DNA of 64,000 nt, from assembly GCA_951406725.2 (NCBI GenBank), contig OX597830.1:70804001-70868000 (forward strand), written 5' to 3'. The translations under genes and the position numbers were made by a program. This document shows positions 54,626 through 64,000 of this stretch, piece after piece (position 1 is the first letter of the stretch; each line of letters starts with the position of its first letter). Source of the DNA: Octopus vulgaris (Eukaryota). The notes beneath the pieces are model-generated. The model was not told the DNA's origin, did not search any database, and was given only the letters and a program-made list of their open reading frames with translations.

Positions 54626-55690
54626 CATTGTATAGAATTTCTTTTTTAATAAAAAGGCCATATTAATGCGTGTATATAACATATGCATAACATATTGAAC
54701 GATGATTGTTTATCTTATTTTATTAATCAAACTTGTATATAACAAAATTATAAATAATTATGAAAAAATTTAGATTTATGCGTGTGCATATGTGTGTTGT
54801 TGTGCAAGTCTGTAGTTGCATCTGTTGGACATGTGTATGTTTGTATGCAGTTGTATCTTTCGGGCGTATGCATGTGTGTGTAAGTGAATGAGTGTGCGTT
54901 TGCATGTGTGTATGTATTTGTATGAGGGTTATGAGAGAGCATTTGTGTATGTGTATGCGTGTGTTTGTTTACATATTTTTATATCTGTATGTATGTGAAC
55001 ATGTATTTAGGAATTTACGTGCTTGTGTGTGTAAGTGCGTGTGCATCTATTGTTATATGTGTAAATGTGTATATATAACGGTGTGTTTGTATGTGTGCAT
55101 GTATGAATGTGTTTGTGTGTGTGTGTGTGTGTGTGTTTCATGGTACTCAAGTATTAATATGAATTTCTAAAACCTTTCATTCATTTTTTTTTTAAGTCTG
55201 CGACACATTCAGTTATCCATCGTGTAAAAATATTAGCTTAAACCCAATACTCCTAAAAAATCATAGCCCACAGTGTCAGAATAAATAAATAAATTACTTA
55301 ATTAATCGATACTTTGTCGGGTGTAGTCCAGGATACATTGTGACTGAATATAGAAACCGGAGAAGCAGTGACGAAATGAAATTTCTGCCACCAAGAGCTC
55401 CCGTGGAAACTGAGGGTAGACTCAAATCTGTACAGGCTTAAGGGATAGACCCTAAAGTGTCGTTTCCGTGAAAGTGCTTCGTGGGACGGATGGACGCCTC
55501 CGTCGATGCCAGCTACTGTGGTGATGGTCGCCGTTGGAAGACCTTTGATCATAGATTTGCTCGATCAGAACTGACTTATGGTTAAACAATTTTAGCAGCA
55601 ACAATGACAATATCAAAAACAGCAACAACAGTAAACACAACAGCAATGACAACAACATCATCAACAACGACGACGACAACAACAACAGCC

Positions 55691-55900
55691 GTGGAGGCGC
55701 AATGGGCCAGTAGTTAGGGCAGCGGACTCGCGGTCGTAAGAACGCGGTTTCAATTCCAAGATTGGGCATTGTGAGTGTATATTGAGCAAAAACACCTAAG
55801 CTCCACGAATCTCTTGCGGGGAGGGTTGGTGAACCCCGCTGTACTTTTTTACCACAACTTTTTCCACAACTTTCTCTCAATCTTCCCACTTCTGTCACAA
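55691..55900 (+). mobile_element. Family-C tRNA SINE, 3'-truncated
   Basis: GTGGAGGCGCAATGGGCCAGTAGTTAGGGCAGCGGACTCGCGG head. Confidence 0.8.
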
Positions 55901-56655
55901 AGCAGAGGAACCTTGGTTTAACCCACTATAGTGTGGTAAACTTTCAGACCCTAGTCTAGATTGCAAATCCTCTGTACCCCAGGATGGTTCAGCTCTCCAC
56001 CTATTAAAAGCTACTGTTTATGGAATGAGGATAACAACATAGCTTTCGTGCCCATGCAACTGCCAGTATATTGCGTGTGGTGGGTGGATCTTCAAGTTGC
56101 CACATACATTCTTAGCAGCTTAGAGTAGGCTCGAATTAGAGATTATTCTTTGTAGCTAATGGCGTGAGTCCTGATTGGAAAAAGAAGAAGAAGAAGAAGA
56201 AGAAGAAGAAGAAGAAGAAGAAGAAGAAGAAGAAGAAGAAGAGAGGAAAAAGGAGGAGGAGAAGAAGAAGAAGAAGAAGAAGAAGAAGAAGAAGAAGAAA
56301 AAAGGAGAGGAAGAAGAAGAAGAAGGAAGAAGGGGAAGAAGAAGAAAAAGAAGAAGAAGAAGACAACAACAGCCACCACAACTACATCAGCCACAACAGC
56401 AGCAACAACAACAGCAACAACAACAACAACAACAACTGCAGCGACAGCATTATCAGCAACATGGCCGACAACACCGTCATGAACAAGAAAAGAACAGCAA
56501 CGACCATAACAATAACCACAATAGCAAATTACGTAATATATATATATATATTAATGTTAATGTTATCATAATACAGTGCGAACACGTCTCTTTACTGAGA
56601 GATTCCTCCACCATTTAGCAACTAAAACTCTCATCTATCCATACAACCAAACTAG

Positions 56656-56686
<31 letters not shown>

Positions 56687-56986
56687 ACACACACACACAC
56701 ACATACACACACACATACACACATACACACACACACTCGCATAAGCGCGTACGTAACGCAAACGTATAGTCATCGGAAGAATCCTTGGTTTCAAACGGCA
56801 GTTAATTCCCCTGGGGGTGTTGATCTTCATAGCTGAAGGCGGGAAAGGCGGTGGTGTGATGTAGGTTTAATGTTCGCCATTTAAACGCTTTCGTTTGTTT
56901 ATCTCTTCCATCCATTTATATTCGTCTATACAATATATCAATCTGCTGAAGATGATGGTGCGCACGCGCACGCGCAGTTATGTGTA

Positions 56987-56989
<3 letters not shown>

Positions 56990-57044
<55 letters not shown>

Positions 57045-57168
57045 TGCGTGCTTGACTCTGTGTGTGTGTGTGTGTATGTATGTAATTGTGTGTTTGGGTG
57101 TAGTTGTGTGTGCGTGTGCGTATGTGTGTGTGTGTGTATGTATGTATGTAATTGTGTTTGGGTGTAGT

Positions 57169-57199
<31 letters not shown>

Positions 57200-57240
57200 T
57201 TGCATGCTTGACTCTGTGTGTGTGCAATTGTGTGCTTGAC

Positions 57241-57277
<37 letters not shown>

Positions 57278-57515
57278 GTAATTGTGTGTTTGGGTGTAGT
57301 TGTGTGTATGTGCAGGTGCGTGCTTGACTTTCTGTGCGTGTGTGTGTGTGTATGTATGTAATTGTGTGTTTGGGTGTAGTTGTGTGTGTGTGCAGTTGCG
57401 TGCTTGACGCTGTGTGTGTGTATGTATGTAATTGCGTGTAGCTGTGTGTGTGTGTAGTTGCATGCTTGACTGTGTGTGCGTGCGTGTATGTATGTAATTG
57501 TGTGTTTGGGTGTAG

Positions 57516-57552
<37 letters not shown>

Positions 57553-57750
57553 TGCGTGCTTGAGTGTATGTGTGTATATATGTAATTGTGTGTTTAGGTG
57601 TAGTTGTGTGTGTGTGCAGTTGTGTGCTTGTCTCTGTGTGTGTGTGTATGTATGTATGTATGTATGTATGTAATTGTGAGTTTGGGTGTATTTGTGTGTG
57701 TGTATAATTATGTGTATATAGTTCAGTATGTGTATGAGTGTGTGTAGCTG
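56990..57750 (+). repeat. Higher-order minisatellite built on (TG)n
   Basis: Alternating TGTAATTGTGTGTTTGGGTGTAGTTG and GTTGC(G/A)TGCTTGAC blocks with variable (TG)n spacers, about 8 cycles. Confidence 0.85.
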
Positions 57751-58165
57751 CATGACTATATGTGTGTGTGCGTGTATGCCGTTGTATGTTAGCGTGTACG
57801 TCTGTGTCTTTTGTTAGGTGTGCGTGTTGTTATTGTGTGCTTGGGTGTGTGAATATGCATGTGTATCTGTGGTTGTGTGTGTAATTCTGAGCACGCGTGT
57901 GGATAATTGTATGTTTGGTTGGGTTGTGTGTGTACATCTCTATATGTATTGTTGTATGCATGGGTGAATTTGTGAATCTGTGTGTGTGCGTGTATGTGTG
58001 AGTGTGTGTATGTATACGTGTGTGCAACTGTGTGTAGGCGTGCTTGGGTATGAAAGAGCATTTTTGCGTGTATTTCCATTTTCACACACACACACACACA
58101 TATATATTTCTTGTATTCGTGGGTTATATTTTTACGTTTATGCCCATTTTGGGTGAATTTACGTA

Positions 58166-58216
<51 letters not shown>

Positions 58217-58438
58217 ATGAGTGTGTGCTTGTGTAAATGTATTTTGTGCGAGTGTGTATGTGAGTACGGCAGTGTGCGTATGTGGTCATCCAGCATTTTA
58301 CCTCTCTTCTTCCAGGAATTTCTAAAACATATCCCAAATTATAGTGGGAGCTACAATGTAGTTACTCGGCGTTCTAGAAATAGCAACCAAGTATCCCTCA
58401 TATTCTACTGCACTATCTAAATATATATGCATATATGT

Positions 58439-58474
<36 letters not shown>

Positions 58475-58689
58475 ATAAGGATAATGTACTCCTGATCTAC
58501 TATATCTGAATAATAAAAAGAAATTGGAGTGATGACCTGAAGAAGAAGAAGGAGGAGGAGGAGGAGGAGAGGAGAAGAAGAAGAAGAAGAAGAAGAAGAA
58601 GAAGAAGAAGAAGAAGGAAGAGGAGGAGGAGGAGAAGAAGAAGAAGAAGAAGAAGAAGAAGAAGCAGAAGAAGAAAAAGAAGAAAGTAA

Positions 58690-58789
<100 letters not shown>

Positions 58790-59232
58790 AAGAAGAAGAA
58801 GAAGAAGAAGAAGAAGAAAGACCAATAACAAAAACAGCCAATGAATATATTCTTTCTTTCAAATGACTTCACTTGAAAGATACACATAAATATAATTTGT
58901 AGAACTTGAAAAATGCTGGATTTCGGTTGAGCGTCCTGTATCTAGTTCTGGAAATTGTGTTTTGTAAACGACAGACTATGCTGATGATCTTGCAGATGTT
59001 TACGTTCCATATACGTAAATATTAACAAGTGAAACTAATTAGTACATAGGTAATCGTTTTTTTATTTCGTATATTTTCATTTGTCTTGCTTATTTTTACA
59101 CTTTGGTTTTTTGCTGATTTTTTTTTCTTGAGAACACATTATTTGTGGAAAATGGTGATTTTGACGTCTACATCTAGCATATAGGTTTCCACTTTAGCGT
59201 TAAGTTTTCTGAACTTTGTATGTAAAAAATTT

Positions 59233-59263
<31 letters not shown>

Positions 59264-59311
59264 TAATTGTTTCAGTCATTTGACTGCGGCCATGCTGGAG
59301 CACCGCCTTTA

Positions 59312-59478
59312 GAGTGGTGAAAGAGTACAGCAGGGATCACCACATCCCGCCGGAGCCTCGTGGAGCTTTTAGGTGTTTTTTTCGCTCAATAAACACACAC
59401 AACGCCCGGTCTGGGAATCGAAACCGCGATCCTCCGACCGCAAGTCCGCTGCCCTAACCACTAGGCCATTGCGCCTCC
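59312..59478 (-). mobile_element. Family-C SINE 5' part, abutting a family-B tail fragment (59265-59310)
   Basis: Minus strand: GGAGGCGCAATGGCCTAGTGGTTAGGGCAGCGGAC...GTTTCGATTCCC. Confidence 0.8.
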
Positions 59479-59552
59479 TAATCTTCGGATTTTTGAAAAA
59501 TATGCTAGGCCACTGGTTTTAATTGATTAATATCAATTTCTACCCTTATTTA

Positions 59553-59625
<73 letters not shown>

Positions 59626-59629
59626 AACA

Positions 59630-59885
59630 AAATAATAAATAAAACATATGCATATATACATACATATATGTATGTACCTCCATCTATATGTATATATACA
59701 TGCATATATGGGTACAGGACACAAAAAAAAAACGTCGAACACAATGAGAAACGGAAACAAAAACAAAACCAAGGAAATGGACATATTTTTAAACAACGAA
59801 AAAACAGAGTACAAGACATACAACACAAGGAAAATTTCCCTTCGTGAGCCGCCTCTGTTTCGTCTACTCCGTGTTTCGAAGGTAT
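59630..59885 (-). mobile_element. Probable PLE terminal fragment between microsatellites
   Basis: Complex block flanked by (TA)n and (CA)n with a T-rich tail on the minus strand, like the other PLE termini here. No complete HHR found. Confidence 0.35.
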
Positions 59886-59976
<91 letters not shown>

Positions 59977-60572
59977 AGAGTGGACAAACGAAATAAGGGC
60001 ACTCAACAAATCCACTGGGAGTTCCGACGGATTCATAGGAACTTTTTATCATATACACATGATATCATGAGTTTTTAACATGTATGAATGTGATTACGGT
60101 GTTCCCGAAACAGCTGTTAAGATAAGACTCTTTTCCTTTACTTCTGTTCTTTTTTCTCCGTACTCTATATTTTTTATTCCATTTAAATTGTCGCATTAAG
60201 GGTATTTCTATTTATCTACCTTTCTACTTTAATATCTTCTCAACCAGGATCTCTTTTATATCTAGCTTGTGACGCTAGAAGCACCAACTCTGGTACTAGT
60301 CTCTGACTGTCTATAAAACACTTTGCTTTCTCTCACGAAGTATGTGTGTCAGAGTGCGTGTGACTGTGCGTAACTGTGTGAGCTTAATGATTTCGCTTGA
60401 GTAAAACGATACTAATAAAGATTACATAATCACTTTCATTTGTCAGATTAGAGGAAGTTATAAGATGTTGCACAGAGATTCAGCACCGAGTGCGATGCTT
60501 CTTTTAGCAGAAATAGCTTTAAGGTAATGAATACGATTATTAGGTACTCGTGTTCTTTTTTCTAATTTACTT

Positions 60573-61270
60573 ATACATACATACATACATACATACATAC
60601 ATACATACATACATACATACATACATACATACATACATGCATGCATATATACATACATATATACATACATACATACATGCATGCATGCATACATACATAC
60701 ATACATACATGCATGCATACATACATACATATATACATACATACATACATGCATGCATGCATACATACATACATACATACATACATACATACATGCATGC
60801 ATACATACATACATACATACATACATACATGCATGCATGCATACATACATACATACATACATACATACATACATACATACATACATACATACATACATAC
60901 ATGCATGCATACATACATACATACATACATACATGCATGCATACATACATACAAACATACATACATACATACATACAAACATACATACATACAAACATAC
61001 ATACATACATACATACATACATACATACATACATACATACATACATACATACATACAAACATACATACATACATACATACATGCATACATACGTACATAC
61101 ATGCATACATAAATACATACATACATGCATGCATACATACATACATACATGCATACATACATGCATACATACATACATGCATACATACATACATACATAC
61201 ATACATACATACATACATACATACATACATACATACATACATACATACATACATACATACATGCATATAC
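60573..61270. repeat. ~700-bp (ATAC)n tetranucleotide array with ATGC variants
   Basis: Seen directly. Representative of many microsatellite tracts (e.g. 607-690, 37990-38200, 40250-40965, 41100-41420, 47022-47465, 56180-56440, 58540-58820). Confidence 0.95.
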
Positions 61271-61776
61271 ATGATGTTGCTAAAATATTTTACAATGCCC
61301 TACTCAAAAAAAGACTGTCCTGAAATAAACTTAGAAATTCCCTCTATTATGGACTAATTCAAAAACACCAACTCAGGGAATACTGGTGGAATATTTCCAT
61401 CGAAACTTCTCTCAAATGCAAGCATAACAGGCCGGATATTGTTTGGGACATTTGACTGTGGCGATTCTGGAGCACCGCCTTTAATATACATATTTATAAT
61501 TAAGATTTAGTTGAATTAGGTACTTAAATTTAGGCACCCTGCCTGTTCGGTATAATCCGCACAGCCCAATAATTTTATTTGAATTTGGAATATCAAGACT
61601 CCTATTAGGGGTGTTTGTACCTAATATTCCTGTTGTGAGTGTAGACAACGTAACCCAGCTAAGTGAAGATATCGGCCCTTGGTAATTCAGACGTACTTTT
61701 TTATAAAGGTACTTACTACATTATTTCCGAACAGCAGATTCCAAGTTAGGTACACAGAAAATAAATAACCAAAGAA

Positions 61777-62020
61777 GATGTAGATGTGCCAAGTACATTA
61801 CGGCCGTTTCAAGCGGCTCCATTTAATTAATTAATGAAAATATTACATCAGTTTCAAAGAAACTGCTCTCTGCAGATGACCATATCGATTTCAAATATAA
61901 AAGATAAACCAGTGTTAATCCTTTATGTTTGAAATCTATACGGTCATTTGAAAAGATGTTTTCATTAATCAATTAAATGGAGCCACTTGAAACGGCCGTA
62001 ATGTATCGACACCTGTACAT
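61777..62020. mobile_element. Imperfect palindrome carrying a degenerate hammerhead (61796-61878, minus strand)
   Basis: Arms TACATTACGGCCGTTTCAAG..GGCTCCATTTAATT / AATTAAATGGAGCC..CTTGAAACGGCCGTAATGTA. Minus strand reads CAT-CTGCAGA-GAGC...GCTT-GAAA-CGGCCG-TA-ATG. Confidence 0.55.
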
Positions 62021-62037
62021 CCTTGTTACCTATCTAC

Positions 62038-62090
<53 letters not shown>

Positions 62091-62188
62091 CCTAACTATC
62101 TATCTATCTTTCTATCTATCTATACATATATATGTGTATGTATGTATATATGCATATATGTTTGTATATATACATATGTGTGTGTATA

Positions 62189-62234
<46 letters not shown>

Positions 62235-62399
62235 GGCGGAGGAGTGGCTGTGTGGTAAGTAGCTTGCTAACCAACCACATGGTTCCGGGTTCAGCCCCAC
62301 TGCGTGGAACCAAGTGTCTTCTGCTATAGCCCCGGGTCGACCAATGCCTTGTGAGTGGATTTGGTAGACGGAAACTGAAAGAAACCTGTCATATATATG

Positions 62400-62438
<39 letters not shown>

Positions 62439-62648
62439 TTGTGTGTCTGTGTTTGTCCCCCTAGCATTGCTTGATAACCGATGCTGGTGTGTTTACGTCC
62501 CCGTCACTTAGCGGTTCGGCAAAAGAGACCGGTAGAATAAGTACTGGGCTTACAAAAAGAATAAGTCCCGGGGTTGATTTACTCGACTAAAGGCGGTGCT
62601 CCAGCATGGCCGCAGTCAAATGACTGAAACAAGTAAAAGAGTAAGAGT
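62235..62648 (+). mobile_element. Full-length family-B SINE
   Basis: Match to 15231-15643. Confidence 0.9.
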
Positions 62649-63793
62649 ATACCTATACGGAGCGCAGAACCGACTTATATCAACCGAGAAGATACGTAGT
62701 GTGATTGAACCCAAAATCTGTTGCAAAACGGATTTCTTAACCCCTCAGCCATGCCTTCAGTCAGTTATAAGTTTAAACTCTCTTGCACATTATCACACAC
62801 TCACACATACACACACGCACACACACACGGAGACACACACGTAGTCCCATTTTCGAATCTTCTCCTCACAGTTTCTCCTTCTCTTACCATCACGGCTTCT
62901 TCTTGTCCCCCTCCGTCTTAATCCCTTTGTATCCAGCATCATCCCTTTCTCACCATAAACTTTTAATTTAACTATTTACCTCTTCTAAATTCTCTCTCTC
63001 TCCTTCTCTCTCTCTCTCTCTCTCTCTCTCTTCTTCATTCTGTTTCCCTCATTCTATCTCCCTCATTCTGTGTTTGTCTCTCTATCTTTCTCTATGTTTC
63101 TCTTCGATGCTTTGTCACCGACAAAAGATTCCCTCTCAGTTTTACTCAGACTTCTGTTTAAACTTTTCCTTCTCTCTCCCTCTCTTTCACCCCACTTCAT
63201 ACTGTATCTCTCTCTCTCTCTCTCTCTCTTCTTCTTCTTCTTCTTCCTCTTTCTTCATTTTTCTCTCTCGTACTCCATCTTAATTTTTCCACTCACTTTT
63301 CTTCTTTTCTTTTCTATCTTTTACCCTCTATTCTCTCTCCTTCACTCTTTCCTAATCTTTATACCACCACCTTTCTCTTCTGTCTCTCCCCTTTACTGGC
63401 ATCTCTTTCACTCTCTCTCTCTCTCTCTCTCTCTCATACGATGTCTCCTTCATACAATCTCCAAATCTCTGACTCTTTCTCCCTCCCCCACTACCATTTT
63501 TCTTCTCTCTCATGCACTTGATCACAATATTCCCTTACACACATTCTCGCTCTCTTTTTTTCTCTTTCTTTCTCCCTATCTTTCTTCCTCTCTCTCTACC
63601 TTTCTCACTTTCTCTCTGTCTCGTTTTACTCTCTGCACTCTAATTCTTCTTCTATTCTCTCCCACCGTCACCCAACCTCTTTCCTTTTACAGTACTTCAC
63701 AATAACAACACCAACATTTCAGAGAGAGAGAGAGAGAGAAAGAAAGAAGAGAGAGAGAGAGGGGAGAGAGAGAGAGGGGAGAGAGAGAGAGGG

Positions 63794-63839
<46 letters not shown>

Positions 63840-64000
63840 AAACATGCATACAAACATACGCACACTCTCTCGCATACGCGGGCACACACGGGCACATACG
63901 GAAGATTATATGCATACAGGCATACGCAAACTCACTTTCTCACACACACAAACGTACATCCATACACAACACGCAAAGTCTCTCCCTCCCTCTCTCTCAC

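Noticed and set aside
61945-62003. Apparent second U3-A8 hammerhead core (TTGAAAA) on the plus arm
   Set aside because: Comparison with the other arm shows it arises from an internal deletion junction.
63070-63705. 211-aa hydrophobic ORF
   Set aside because: Translation of a CT-rich low-complexity tract (Leu/Ser/Phe), not a membrane protein.

Overview
Eukaryotic, AT-rich, repeat-saturated non-coding DNA (intergenic or a large intron). It is most likely from an octopus or other cephalopod, judged from the tRNA-derived SINE families and the very dense (TA)n/(CA)n/(TATG)n/(TAA)n microsatellites. No intact host protein-coding gene was found, and most ORFs in the supplied track are translated microsatellites. 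The window holds three decayed Penelope-like retroelements (PLEs; RT and/or GIY-YIG), a CR1/Jockey-type LINE remnant, about 30 SINE copies or fragments from four families, two non-autonomous Helitrons, several MITEs and a Tigger-type transposase remnant. The most notable signal is at least nine minimal type-I hammerhead-ribozyme (HHR) motifs from several unrelated PLE-terminus families. Several have non-canonical catalytic cores, several are arranged as palindromic cassettes, and most sit inside or beside microsatellites. Also noted: a CCAAT/CRE/TATA promoter array in a PLE 3' repeat, a recurrent SINE concatemer junction, a pair of CTCF-like sites and two weak exon candidates. All calls were made by eye, so boundaries of decayed repeats are approximate.
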